Positions 1-10,545 of a stretch of 64,000 nt of DNA are shown here, one piece after another. Under the pieces are notes generated by a model. The model saw only the letters and a list, made by a program, of their open reading frames with translations, made no database searches and had not been told where the DNA came from. Source of the stretch: Planctomycetota bacterium (GTDB taxonomy: Bacteria > Planctomycetota > Phycisphaerae > UBA1845); the NCBI GenBank assembly GCA_038043285.1, contig JBBTCJ010000013.1, positions 17,852 to 81,851 on the forward strand. The letters run 5' to 3'. Each line of letters begins with the position of its first letter. Position 1 is the first letter of the stretch. The position numbers were made by a program, and so were the translations under genes.

Positions 1-57
1 GAGAAGCCGGGAGCCTGAGGCTTCCGTTCCGCACTGCGCATTCCCCATTCCGCATTC

Positions 58-693
58 TCATTCCTCCTGCCGCGCCAGATGGGCGGCCCCGACCATCACG
101 ATCATCAACAGCACGCCCGCGACTTCAAACGGAACCACGTACACCGTCAGCAACCGCTCGCCGATCGCGGACAACTCCGGACCCGCGACGACCTGTTGCG
201 TTCCCCCCCAGACCGCCCGGGTCAGCAGGGAGCACAGACATCCAAACAACGCCCCACAGACGACGCCGGCAGCCGCCATTTCGCCCGTACCGCATTCAAA
301 CTTCACCCACGGTGATTTGCTGGTCAGCATGACGCCGAAAATCAGAAGCACCAGTGTCCCGCCCGAGTAGACGATCAACTGAATCGCGCCAAGAAAGTTC
401 GCCGCCAGCATGAAATACAACATGGACACCGATCCTAGTGCCATAAACAACCAGGTCGCCATGCGCACAATGTTGCGACTGATGCACACACCCAAGGCCG
501 ACACCGCCGTTGCGGCCGCCACGAAGTAGAACAACAAGATTTCCATCAGCCCGCCGGACACCGCCGTCGTGACGTCCGCCGCGGTTTGCGCGTTCGCGCC
601 CCCCGCCTCCGACGCCAGCGATGGCGCGCCGCCGACCGCAATCGTGCCCACTATCAGACCCGCGGCCATGAGAGAGCGGTTGGCGTTTTTCAT
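58..693 (-). CDS. nuoJ: NADH-quinone oxidoreductase subunit J
   Basis: ORF 58..942(-). C-terminal ~165 aa fit NuoJ (MEILLFYFVAAATAVSALGV, FLGAIQLIVYSGGTLVLLIFGVML, VVPFEVAGVLLMIVMVGA). Start set to ATG 691-693 (MKNANRS) because third-codon G/C stays very high from there. ATG at 546 (MEILLFYF) is an alternative. Confidence 0.85.
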   Translation of the reverse strand: MKNANRSLMAAGLIVGTIAVGGAPSLASEAGGANAQTAADVTTAVSGGLMEILLFYFVAAATAVSALGVCISRNIVRMATWLFMALGSVSMLYFMLAANFLGAIQLIVYSGGTLVLLIFGVMLTSKSPWVKFECGTGEMAAAGVVCGALFGCLCSLLTRAVWGGTQQVVAGPELSAIGERLLTVYVVPFEVAGVLLMIVMVGAAHLARQEE

Positions 694-718
694 CAGAGCC
701 GCGACCGTCAGGGAGCGG
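693..718. repeat. 26-nt GC-rich interspersed repeat, family A (TCAGAGCCGCGACCGTMAGGGAGCGG), copy 1
   Basis: tcagagccgcgaccgtcagggagcgg abuts the nuoJ ATG. Near-identical copies at 6919-6944 (inverted) and 59243-59268, partial at 59289-59308, degenerate inverted at 59195-59220. All lie between genes. Confidence 0.8.
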
Positions 719-835
719 GTAGTTCCTCTTATCGATTCCGAACCCGTGAAGGAACGCTTTGGTTCCCGCACAGCGCCGAACGCCGACCCTGCCGCGCCGC
801 CCCCGGATAATTCATGCACCATGCGGTTTCGCACT

Positions 836-2428
836 CTATGATCCCGGCAACGCATCCACCGCCAGATTCCCGACCAACCGGCGCCGATGGTAAAACCCGT
901 ACGCCGCGATCGCCGGAAACGCCAACGCAAAGATCGCCCCAATCGTGCCCATCACCCAACAGGTGACCAAGGCGAACGTCGCCCAAGCGCCGCTCTCCGA
1001 CGTGGACGCCCACACCCACAACGTATTGCCCAGCAGCAAGAGCATGGTCAGCGGCAACATGACTTGCACACAAGCATACAACACCTGGTCGATGCGGATC
1101 CGCGGCAGCGTCCACCGCAGCCAAATCTGCACATAGAGGAAAAACACGCACTTCACAATGAACCAGATCGGCCCCGCAATCAGCAGGCCGTTGACCCCCT
1201 GGGCCATCAACCGGCCGAGGACTCCGTCGCCGAACGCCGTGGACACAGGCTCGGCCCACGAGGACGGCAGCGGGGAGTTCCATCCGCCCAAGAACAAGAT
1301 CACCGCCAGCCCGCAGACCACGAACATGGCCGCGTACTCGGCGAAAAAGAAGAAACTCCAGCGAATCCCCGAATACTCCGTGTGAAACCCGGCCACCAGC
1401 TCGCTCTCGGCTTCGGGGAGATCAAACGGCGCCCGCTTGCAGCTTGCCAATGAAGCCACGAAATAACACACAAACGCCACAAACGTGAACGGATTGCGGA
1501 ACGCCAACCAGGAGAACCACCCGCCCGATTGATCCGCCACCACTTCCGCCAGGTTCAACGACCCCACGGCCACCACCGGGACCAACAAGGTCATGCCCAT
1601 CGGAATCTCGTACGAGACCATCTGGCAAGCCTCGCGCATGGCCCCGTACACGCTCCACTTGTTGTTCGAGGCCCACCCCGCAAGGATCACGCCCACCACC
1701 TCGATCCCCAACACGCCCAGCGTGAACACCAGGGCGACGTCCAATTCCCGGAAAACGTAGTTGTTCCCAAACGGCAAGGCCACGAACGCCAACGCCGAAG
1801 GAATGATCGCCAGGTACGGCGCGAGCCGGAACAGAATCGCGTCGGCATCCGCGGGAATGAGGTCCTCCTTCAGCAGCAACTTGATCCCGTCCGCCGCCGA
1901 TTGCGACCAGCCGTGCCAACCGCCGACGCGCATCGGTCCGAGTCGAGACTGAATCCGCCCCGCGACCTTCCGTTCCCACCAGATCGTGTACATCGGGATC
2001 AGGTTGAACAGACCCATCAGAGCGCCGAGACCAACCAGGTCGCGGACGATGCCGAACTGCAACGGCCAAAGGAGATAGCCCAGCGCGCCGCTCCACGACG
2101 CGCCCGGGGCGCCGGTCAAAGCCGCGGCGATCATCGAAGGGGTTAGTCCCCACGTCGACGGAGATTCATGCGAAAACGGCGTCGCCGCCGAAAGTCCCTT
2201 CGCCCCGGCCGCCGCAAGAACTCGCGCATCCACGTAGGAAAACAGCAACGCGTGGGCCCACACCAATAGGCATGCGCCGATTGTCGCCCCGATCAGGATT
2301 GGACCGGGGAACCGACGAACGATCGGGGCAAACAGATGGAACGTCGCCACGGTCGTCCAGCGGATCGGCCCGTCGAAAACGCCGACAACGAGCTGCGCAA
2401 GTTTCAGCGCCAGCCACGCAGGCGCCAA
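836..2428 (-). CDS. nuoH: NADH-quinone oxidoreductase subunit H, with N- and C-terminal extensions
   Basis: 530-aa ORF (TTG start at 2428). Core motifs: PMYTIWWERKVAGRIQSRLGPMRVG, SQSAADGIKLLLKEDLIP, EAESELVAGFHTEYSG. About 100 extra hydrophobic aa at the N-terminus and ~60 at the C-terminus keep coding-like codon bias. Exact start uncertain. Confidence 0.9.
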   Translation of the reverse strand: MAPAWLALKLAQLVVGVFDGPIRWTTVATFHLFAPIVRRFPGPILIGATIGACLLVWAHALLFSYVDARVLAAAGAKGLSAATPFSHESPSTWGLTPSMIAAALTGAPGASWSGALGYLLWPLQFGIVRDLVGLGALMGLFNLIPMYTIWWERKVAGRIQSRLGPMRVGGWHGWSQSAADGIKLLLKEDLIPADADAILFRLAPYLAIIPSALAFVALPFGNNYVFRELDVALVFTLGVLGIEVVGVILAGWASNNKWSVYGAMREACQMVSYEIPMGMTLLVPVVAVGSLNLAEVVADQSGGWFSWLAFRNPFTFVAFVCYFVASLASCKRAPFDLPEAESELVAGFHTEYSGIRWSFFFFAEYAAMFVVCGLAVILFLGGWNSPLPSSWAEPVSTAFGDGVLGRLMAQGVNGLLIAGPIWFIVKCVFFLYVQIWLRWTLPRIRIDQVLYACVQVMLPLTMLLLLGNTLWVWASTSESGAWATFALVTCWVMGTIGAIFALAFPAIAAYGFYHRRRLVGNLAVDALPGS

Positions 2429-2652
2429 AACCAGCCTGCGGAACCAGCCGCCGCCCGTTTCGACTCGTGGATAACCGGATAGCGAAAGCTGACTCAGAAC
2501 GTCTCTCCACCCACGGGTACCTGCCGGACTTCGTCAAATCAGCACGAATCCTAGCGGACGCCGCTACGCTAATAAAGACCCGCCCGTCGACAACGCAACG
2601 CCCTGGGGATGCTCCCCCGATCCGCCCGCCGCGCCGCAGGCGGCAATCTTCT

Positions 2653-3852
<1,200 letters not shown>

Positions 3853-4013
3853 CCGTTTGTTTCGTCTCTTCCTGAGCCGCGGGCTGCTCCCCTTGACGCG
3901 AAGTGTCAAGGGTCAGTCCGCGCGATTCGCACGCACGCCATTTATGGCTCTGGGTACTTCGCAACTCCAAACATCCTGAAGCGCCCGGCTGGCTACAGCA
4001 TTCCTCGCTTCTT

Positions 4014-4096
4014 GTGTAGCGTCGCCCTTCATGGGCGGCGCGTTCAGGGAAGCGCCGCGGATAAACCGCGACGCTACACAAAAACAATTTGCTCTA
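4014..4096 (-). repeat. ~83-nt structured repeat, family B, copy 1 (nested hairpins directly after the nuoC stop codon)
   Basis: Perfect 13-bp outer stem tgtgtagcgtcgc (4014-4026) / gcgacgctacaca (4068-4080) encloses an inner hairpin cggcgc..gcgccg. About 80% identical over ~60 nt to 24639-24723. Both copies share the junction TAGAGCAA on the coding strand. Confidence 0.8.
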
Positions 4097-4627
4097 ATGC
4101 TTCGGGTTCGTCAGCTCAAATTCCGTTGTCGCCGGGATCCCGTGGTACTCCAGCGGGAACTCGTAGTCCTTCCGTAGCGGATGACCAGACCAGTCCTCCG
4201 GGCAAAGGATCCGCCGCAAGTCCGGGTGCCCCTCGAACACGATCCCCATCAGGTCGTACGCCTCGCGCTCATGCCAATCCGCGGCAGGCCAGACGTGCGA
4301 CACCGTCGGGATGCTCGGCTTCGCCCGCGGCGTCTCCACCCGCACGGCAAACTCGCACGTCCTGGTGATAACCTCCAACGGGCGCTCCGTTGGAATCTGC
4401 ATCAGGTCGTACACACAGGCGAGCCTGTCCTGTTCCAGCAGATCCAAAGCCGTGATCGAACGGAGCAGGTTCAACCGCAATCGCGGTTCGTCGCGAAGGA
4501 ACCTCGCTACGCCCGGCCAGGCGTCCGCCCGCACCTTTGCGTATGGATGCCCCCCGCCGAGGACCGCGTCCTCGATGGCCGCGCCAAACCGCGACTTCAA
4601 CAGGTGGCAAATCTCTTCAGGAGCCAT
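4094..4627 (-). CDS. nuoC: NADH-quinone oxidoreductase subunit C
   Basis: 177-aa ORF with the NuoC 30-kDa signature [22 protein letters not shown]. Sits between nuoB and nuoD. Confidence 0.9.
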   Translation of the reverse strand: MAPEEICHLLKSRFGAAIEDAVLGGGHPYAKVRADAWPGVARFLRDEPRLRLNLLRSITALDLLEQDRLACVYDLMQIPTERPLEVITRTCEFAVRVETPRAKPSIPTVSHVWPAADWHEREAYDLMGIVFEGHPDLRRILCPEDWSGHPLRKDYEFPLEYHGIPATTEFELTNPKH

Positions 4628-4746
4628 AAGCCTTCCGATCAGCGACGGCGTCCAGGCGATCGGCGTTTCGACGCCCTATTGCATCTCGTCGCCTTCACCC
4701 GTCGCATCGTGCAGAACCCGGCGCCGAAAATCGTCAAGCCGCGGAT

Positions 4747-5265
4747 CTAATTGAGCACCATTTCCTTGGCCTGCGCCAGCAGCGATTTTTTCCGCGTCTG
4801 GGCGCGAATCTTATCTTGCAACCGCATGAGTCCTTCGAGCAAGGCCTCGGGCCGCGGCGGGCAACCCGGAACGTAGACGTCCACGGGGACGACAAGGTCC
4901 ACGCCCTTGACCACGTGGTAGCCGTGCTTGAAGTAAGGTCCGCCGCCCACCGTGCAGGCGCCCATCGCGATTACGTACTTCGGTTCGGGCATCTGGTTGT
5001 AAAGTCTCTTGAGCCGACTGGCCATTTTGTAGGTCACCGTTCCAGCTACAATCATCAAATCCGCCTGTCGAGGCGTGGCGCGGAAAGCGCCGGCGCCGAA
5101 ACGGTCGATGTCGAAGCGCGAGGCGCCGACGGCCATCATTTCGATGGCGCAGCAGGCGAGGCCGAAGGTCATCGGCCAAATGCTGCTGCTGCGACCCCAG
5201 TTGATCGCCCAATCAAGCGACGTGACGATCAGGCCTTCCTCGAAACGATTCTCGATCCAACTCAT
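4747..5265 (-). CDS. nuoB: NADH-quinone oxidoreductase subunit B
   Basis: [34 protein letters not shown] and [11 protein letters not shown] (N2 cluster Cys ligands). ATG 5263-5265 is preceded by GAGGAGG (cctcctc 5273-5279). Confidence 0.95.
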   Translation of the reverse strand: MSWIENRFEEGLIVTSLDWAINWGRSSSIWPMTFGLACCAIEMMAVGASRFDIDRFGAGAFRATPRQADLMIVAGTVTYKMASRLKRLYNQMPEPKYVIAMGACTVGGGPYFKHGYHVVKGVDLVVPVDVYVPGCPPRPEALLEGLMRLQDKIRAQTRKKSLLAQAKEMVLN

Positions 5266-5432
5266 GCCGAACCTCCTCAGCGCCGCGTATCCGAACCCGC
5301 AGCACAAGCCGGTTCATCCGGAAAAAAAATGCGCGACACTCGCACCGTGCCGACCAACCCGCGGGGAAGACACCACTCCTTCACTGTCGCGGTTCGGATC
5401 GAAACAGCGACCGGCTTCTCATCGTCGCGGTA

Positions 5433-5909
5433 TTACCGCTCTTCGCCCTGCAAACCGTGTTTCTGCGCTCCGCAGGCCCGCACCCAATTCAAGTATCCCG
5501 ACTTCCATTCGTACAAGAAGGGAATCGCGATCAACGCAAAGAACACCAAAAACGCCCAGAAGGCCGGGGCGCCCATTTTCTTCAACACCACCGCCCAAGG
5601 CCATAGCAGCGCAACCTCCACGTCGAAGACAATGAACACCAGCGCAACGGTGTAGAAACGCAGGTCAAACTGGACCCAGCTTCCGCCAATGGCCGGCTCG
5701 CCGCATTCGTACGCCGTGCTCTTCTCCGGGTGCGGCAGGTCCGGCCGGGCCACCTTGCCAACTAACAGACCCCCCAAGACGATCCCAAACCCCGCAGCCA
5801 CGAACAGCAACATTCCAAGCACCAGCTCGATGTTCGTGTTGCCGTGCGCCCCAGTAGCGCCGATTACGGCAGCCGCACACGTCGTCGTCCCTACCCAAAT
5901 AACTTGCAC
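5433..5909 (-). CDS. nuoA: NADH-quinone oxidoreductase subunit A
   Basis: KSTAYECGEP, FDLRFYTVALVFIVFDVEVALLWPWAVV. GTG start at 5909 gives 158 aa; an internal GTG or ATG near ELVLGM is possible. Confidence 0.85.
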   Translation of the reverse strand: MQVIWVGTTTCAAAVIGATGAHGNTNIELVLGMLLFVAAGFGIVLGGLLVGKVARPDLPHPEKSTAYECGEPAIGGSWVQFDLRFYTVALVFIVFDVEVALLWPWAVVLKKMGAPAFWAFLVFFALIAIPFLYEWKSGYLNWVRACGAQKHGLQGEER

Positions 5910-6160
5910 AGCGCTCGCTCCGTCCGTCGCGTCCAGCGATCACCCTCGCTGGGACGCCCCGCGGCGGGTATTGATCACCGCGCGGGCGTCAATTCCGTCG
6001 CCTACCCCCCTCGCACTACCCTCTTCCCCAACGCAGGTGAGAGGGGTCCAGCACACAGTCCTGGCGAGGTCGCCGAAGGCGCCGCGTGGTTAAAGACCCG
6101 CGTCCGCCCGCAAATGCCAAAGCGCGAAACCCAGCAGAAGGGTCGAAGGCGACGTGCCGC

Positions 6161-6778
6161 CTACGCCTCCGGGGCGACAGCCTTGACCATTTCGTCGCGG
6201 CGGCGCGTCTTGTCGCCGGCCAACCCATCTTTGGAGTGGAGGTACTCGACCCACTCCTGCTTGCGCTTCTTCGCCCAGTCGGGGAGTTCGTCCTTTTGCA
6301 TCCACAACGGCTGGGGCGTTTGAAGCCCCCGCTTGGCCAAGTCCGTAAACTCGACCGTCATCTCCTGTCGCGTAAAGCCGGACATGTCGTGCAGGTTGCC
6401 CATGTGGATGCAGTCGGTCGGGCAGGGATCGACGCACAGGGCGCAGAACATGCATTTGGCGTAGTCAATGGCGTACCGGGTCATCAGGCCGCCCGCGGCG
6501 AGGCCGGTTTTCTTGTCGATCTTTCGCGGTCCGGTTTTTTCAATGTAGATGCAATCGACCGGGCAGGCCTTGGCGCACTGGTCACAGGCGATGCACTTCT
6601 CGATTTCGAAAAAGTGGAACCCTCGGAACCGCGGCTGCAGGGCCGGCGCGACGTCGGGGTATTGGAGCGTGATGGTCTTGGCGAAACAGTATTTCAGCGA
6701 GATCCTCATGCCCACGAGGATCGTGTAGACCGTGCGCCAGATGTTGTGGAAGTACTCGCCGACGGGACTTCTTCGCAT
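6161..6778 (-). CDS. nuoI: NADH-quinone oxidoreductase subunit I (2x[4Fe-4S]) with C-terminal extension
   Basis: Two ferredoxin motifs, CIACDQCAKACP and CMFCALCVDPCP, plus the NuoI-type N-terminus (TLQYPDV..PRFRG). Located upstream of nuoA rather than between nuoH and nuoJ. Confidence 0.9.
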   Translation of the reverse strand: MRRSPVGEYFHNIWRTVYTILVGMRISLKYCFAKTITLQYPDVAPALQPRFRGFHFFEIEKCIACDQCAKACPVDCIYIEKTGPRKIDKKTGLAAGGLMTRYAIDYAKCMFCALCVDPCPTDCIHMGNLHDMSGFTRQEMTVEFTDLAKRGLQTPQPLWMQKDELPDWAKKRKQEWVEYLHSKDGLAGDKTRRRDEMVKAVAPEA

Positions 6779-6918
6779 CGTTGCATCGGCCCTTCATGCC
6801 GGTACCGCGCGGCGCTCCGCGCCAGCCGCCTTGACGAGTCGGATTCTAAAGCCCGCGTTGGGACGTTGCAAGCGGGCGGCCGCAACGCAGGCGGCGCAGA
6901 ACTATACGGAAAAGGTGC

Positions 6919-6944
6919 CCGCTCCCTTACGGTCGCGGCTCTGA
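6919..6944. repeat. Family A repeat, copy 2 (inverted orientation)
   Basis: ccgctcccttacggtcgcggctctga is the reverse complement of the family A unit. Lies in the 276-bp spacer between cinA and nuoI. Confidence 0.8.
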
Positions 6945-7053
6945 TCAAACAACGTCGGGTCGCGGCACGGATTGGACGGCATCGGGTCGGTTCCGCTCGC
7001 CGCCGGAACGCAGCACTCCGCTGCCCAAGGTGCTCAACAGGTTTGTGGATTTT

Positions 7054-8424
7054 TCACGTGCGATGTTCGTCAGAGACATGGTCGAGCAGGCGCAGCCGGA
7101 GCATGTTCAGCGCCCACTTGGCGGCGCGATCGCGGATTTCGACGCGGGAGAGGTGTTCGCCCATCAGGAACCGTCGAACTTGGACACCCGCGGCGCCAGC
7201 CAGGGCGACGTACACCAAGCCGACCGGTCTTTCCGGGGGAGTGCCACCGGTCGGCCCGGCAATGCCGGTAATGGCGAGCGCAAAATCGACGCCACCCGCA
7301 GACCGGCAACCCACCGCCATCGCGCGGGCGACCTCCTCGCTGACGGCCCCATGCCGGACAATCAGATCCGGATCAACGCCCAGGAGTTCGACCTTGGCCT
7401 GGTTGCTGTAGGCAACGTAGCCGCGAAGGAAATAGGCGCTGCTGCCGGGAATGTCGGTCAGCCTCCGAGCCAGCAACCCACCGGTGCAGGATTCCGCGGC
7501 GGCGACGGTCTTCCCCTGTTCGATCAGCAACGCGGCCACTGTCGATTCGAGCGATTCGTCGCCGGCGCCGAAGACCAAGTGCCCGAGCCGGCGACGAATC
7601 TCGGCGGCATCCTGGTTCAGCAACGCGTCGGCAGACAGAGCGTCCGCGCCACGAGCGACAATGCGAACGCCGAGCAAGGCATTCGAGGCCGTCGTTCCGA
7701 CAGATGGGTTTCGCCCGCGGGCCATGAGGTCGGCCAGGATTTCGCCGAGCTTGGCCTCGCTGATCCCGAAACAGGAAAGTCGAGCGAAGCGAATGCAGGC
7801 GGACTGACCGGCCGCCGCAAGCTGCGGGGCAACGTGGCTCTCGAACATCGCCCGCATCTCCGAGGGCACGCCGGGGAGAGCGTACAGTCGGGCCTGTCCA
7901 ACGCGACAACGGAACCCCGGAGCTGTTCCGCACGAGTTGGGAAGCAGGTCGGCCCCGGTGGGGAGTAAGGCCTGGCGACGATTGGACTCGGACATCTGCC
8001 GCTGCCAACGGTCGAAGAAGCCCTGGATTTGTCGCAGAGCTTCCGAGCTTTCGTGCAGGCCCAGGCCCAGCGCCTCGGCGACGCCTTCACGCGTGAGATC
8101 ATCGGCGGTCGGTCCGAGTCCGCCGGTTAGGATGATGAGTTCGCCATCGGAGAATGCTCCGCGAACGACTGCGGCGACGGCGGGTCGGTCGTCGCCGACG
8201 GTGTGGTGGGCGCGAGTTGCGATGCCGACGGCAGCCAACTGCCGCGAAAGCCAGGCGGAGTTGGAATCCACCTGTTGGCCGGTGACGAGTTCGTCGCCGA
8301 TGCTGATGATGACCGCGTTCACGAAGGGAGAACGTATCGCGGAACGGCGGGAGTGCAAATGAACCGCGCGACAGCCGCCCGAGACTCGTGCGAGGCTGCG
8401 GTCTAGCCGCCCCAAGCCGGGCAT
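7054..8424 (-). CDS. cinA: CinA-family protein (N-terminal MoCF/CinA domain + C-terminal PncC nicotinamide-nucleotide amidohydrolase domain)
   Basis: N-terminal IISIGDELVTGQQVDSNSAWLSRQL, LIILTGGLGPTADD. C-terminal AAESCTGGLLA, ITGIAGPTGG. True start may be the GTG at about 8322 (VNAVIISIG). Confidence 0.85.
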   Translation of the reverse strand: MPGLGRLDRSLARVSGGCRAVHLHSRRSAIRSPFVNAVIISIGDELVTGQQVDSNSAWLSRQLAAVGIATRAHHTVGDDRPAVAAVVRGAFSDGELIILTGGLGPTADDLTREGVAEALGLGLHESSEALRQIQGFFDRWQRQMSESNRRQALLPTGADLLPNSCGTAPGFRCRVGQARLYALPGVPSEMRAMFESHVAPQLAAAGQSACIRFARLSCFGISEAKLGEILADLMARGRNPSVGTTASNALLGVRIVARGADALSADALLNQDAAEIRRRLGHLVFGAGDESLESTVAALLIEQGKTVAAAESCTGGLLARRLTDIPGSSAYFLRGYVAYSNQAKVELLGVDPDLIVRHGAVSEEVARAMAVGCRSAGGVDFALAITGIAGPTGGTPPERPVGLVYVALAGAAGVQVRRFLMGEHLSRVEIRDRAAKWALNMLRLRLLDHVSDEHRT

Positions 8425-8481
8425 GACGGTTCCACGTCCGTAGCGCGAGCAGACGCGGACAGGCCTGGGAGGATCAGGAGA

Positions 8482-8838
8482 TCAGTTGGGGCGGCAACCG
8501 TGTTCGACGGTGACGACCGTGTGAATCCCACCGCGAGTGCTCCATCGCGACTCGATCTGCATCCACTTCGGGTCGCAGGCGGACGCCAGGTCATTCAGGA
8601 TCACATTGGTCAGGTCTTCATAGAAGATGCCGCGATCGCGGAACGCCTGCAGATACAGCTTGAGACTCTTAAGCTCAACGCAGGACTTTCCGGCCACGTA
8701 TCGAATGGTCATCGCAGCAAAGTCCGGCTGGCCGGTCTTGGGACAGAGGCTGGTGAACTCCTGTACGACGTGCTCGATCAGGTAGTCGCGGTGCGGATGA
8801 GGGTTGGGGAAGGTTTCCAATATTGACAACGGCAGCAC
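8482..8838 (-). CDS. queF: NADPH-dependent 7-cyano-7-deazaguanine reductase (type I QueF)
   Basis: 118 aa with EFTSLCPKTGQPDFA (catalytic Cys) and the VELKSLKLYL QueF motif. GTG start at 8838, or a TTG a few codons downstream after AGGAG. Confidence 0.9.
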   Translation of the reverse strand: MLPLSILETFPNPHPHRDYLIEHVVQEFTSLCPKTGQPDFAAMTIRYVAGKSCVELKSLKLYLQAFRDRGIFYEDLTNVILNDLASACDPKWMQIESRWSTRGGIHTVVTVEHGCRPN

Positions 8839-8899
8839 TCCTGACTCGCTGGCCGCGACGTGGCGGCGTGAACGTGCGAATCATGGCTGGTGGGCGACC

Positions 8900-9535
8900 T
8901 CAACGCAACCGGCTCGAGCGTCGCGGTCGTCGGGCAGCCTTGCCTGGCGCGGGTTCGCGGGCTGCGGCGACGAATCCGTCAAGATCCTGAAACTCCCACA
9001 GCTCCCGCGGCACATCCGCCCCGCCGTCGTCGATGACCCGGGCGCCGAACCGGTCAACGACGAATCGGGCAGCAAACCGATCGCACATCGACTCCTTCTG
9101 TCGGGTGTTCCGCCGCGAAAGCTTCACAAGCAGATGATACAGTTCGTGCATGAAAATAAAGACCACCAACTCGTAGGGATTGTGGAGTCGAAGCAAATAC
9201 GTAGGGCGGAACCAGCGTCGCCCGACGGCCTGCACTTTGCCGAGGTTGCTGGCCATATCATAGGGATACCTCAGGTGGCTTCCCAGGTTGATGAAGATGC
9301 GGCGATCGGCGTAGAAGCACGTTCCGGAGAAATCCGCCCCGCGGCTGTAGCGGACGCGTACGGTGACGGCACCGACCGGCCAACCCTGCATCCCGTCGCG
9401 GAGGAGGCGCGCGAGGCGTTCACCGTCAAGGTGCGTCGAGTTGGCGAAGTCCATGGAGTTCAACGTCGCTCTCCATACCACGGCGGGGACGACGGAATCT
9501 GAGCGCATGGGTTCGTTCCGCCTAGGCGTCCCCAA
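8900..9535 (-). CDS. Hypothetical protein with HExxH motif (possible SprT/WLM-like metallopeptidase)
   Basis: 211-aa ORF fills the gap between the Xer gene and queF. Contains FIFMHELYHLL followed by KESMCDRFA. No family assigned. Confidence 0.5.
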   Translation of the reverse strand: MGTPRRNEPMRSDSVVPAVVWRATLNSMDFANSTHLDGERLARLLRDGMQGWPVGAVTVRVRYSRGADFSGTCFYADRRIFINLGSHLRYPYDMASNLGKVQAVGRRWFRPTYLLRLHNPYELVVFIFMHELYHLLVKLSRRNTRQKESMCDRFAARFVVDRFGARVIDDGGADVPRELWEFQDLDGFVAAAREPAPGKAARRPRRSSRLR

Positions 9536-9581
9536 CGTCCCTGTCGAGGCATTTTGTGTGCTCAGCTTATTCTAGGCAGAC

Positions 9582-10505
9582 CTATGGTCTGGGGTGGAAT
9601 CGCCGGTGGACCTGTTTCAGCTGGGCTTCATCGACGTGCGTATACACTTGAGTTGTGGTGACGCTGGCGTGGCCCAAAAGCTCCTGGACGATACGGAGAT
9701 CGGCCCCGCCGCCCAGCAGATGGGTCGCAAAACAGTGTCGCAGCGTGTGCGGGGAGAGGGGACTTTCGATTTCGGCCAGAATCGCGTACTTGCGGACCAG
9801 GCGCCAGATGTTGGTTCGGTCGAGCGGTCGGCCGGTGCGTGAAAGGAACAATGCGGAAGATTCACGCTCGCCGAGCAGGCGCGGTCGGAGGATTTCGAGG
9901 TAGTGTTCAACGGCCTCGATCGCGGTTCGGCCCACGGGGATGATCCGCTCCTTGCGTCCTTTTCCGATGCAACGGACGTAGCCGAGCCGAAGGTTGATTT
10001 GATCGAGCGTCAGATCCACGACCTCACTGACGCGCATGCCGGTGGCGTAGAGCAGTTCGAGCACGGCCTTGTCGCGAAGGTGGAACTCGTCACGCGGATC
10101 GGGAGCGGAAAGCAGGGCCTCTACCTGGGCGTAGCGGACGGTCTTGGGGATGGTCCGCCAGCGGCGGGTGGATTCGATGAGGGAGGCGACGTCGCGGCAA
10201 AGGACACGCTCGGCGAACAGGTGCCGCAGGAAGACTTTGATCGAGGCGAGGTGCCGGGCGATGGAGGAAAGCGCCAGGCCGCGAGTCTGCAATTCGATGA
10301 GATGCCGCTGGACGTCGTCGATGGCGATCTCCGACGGCGCAACGTCGGCGGCGATGAGGGAATCCCAGAACTCGGTGAGGTCGCGCTGGTAGGCGGTGAC
10401 CGTGGCGCCGGAAAGCCCGCATTCAACGAACAGATAATCGAGAAACCGCTTGATGGGCGGCGCAGGCAAGGCGGGTTTCGCGGCGGGCAACGAGGCAACA
10501 AGCAT
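9582..10505 (-). CDS. XerC/XerD-family tyrosine recombinase
   Basis: N-terminal core-binding motif SGATVTAYQRDLTEF. Catalytic ATGMRVSE, HTLRHCFATHLL, LGHASVTTTQVYTHV. Start at ATG 10503-10505 (MLVASLPAA). Confidence 0.9.
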   Translation of the reverse strand: MLVASLPAAKPALPAPPIKRFLDYLFVECGLSGATVTAYQRDLTEFWDSLIAADVAPSEIAIDDVQRHLIELQTRGLALSSIARHLASIKVFLRHLFAERVLCRDVASLIESTRRWRTIPKTVRYAQVEALLSAPDPRDEFHLRDKAVLELLYATGMRVSEVVDLTLDQINLRLGYVRCIGKGRKERIIPVGRTAIEAVEHYLEILRPRLLGERESSALFLSRTGRPLDRTNIWRLVRKYAILAEIESPLSPHTLRHCFATHLLGGGADLRIVQELLGHASVTTTQVYTHVDEAQLKQVHRRFHPRP

Positions 10506-10545
10506 CGTCGGAGACTCCGGTTTTGGCCTGCTTCTTCGGGGGACT

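Noticed and set aside
1-57. Start of nuoK downstream of nuoJ
   Set aside because: None of the three minus-strand frames from the ATG/GTG candidates at 48-55 gives a NuoK-like hydrophobic N-terminus. Too little sequence is available to call.
6779-6830. Possible third copy of repeat family B upstream of nuoI (catcggcccttcatgcc...)
   Set aside because: Only the first ~15 nt resemble family B. No outer stem or shared 3' portion is present. The similarity may just reflect a GAAGGG ribosome-binding region.
6086-7411. 441-aa plus-strand ORF spanning nuoI, an intergenic spacer and cinA
   Set aside because: It is antisense to two well-supported genes and runs through a repeat-bearing spacer. The composition is Arg/Ala/Gly-rich with no motifs.
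8839-8899. preQ1 riboswitch upstream of queF
   Set aside because: The 60-nt spacer shows no preQ1-I/II-like hairpin with an A-rich tail. queF appears to follow the upstream gene directly.
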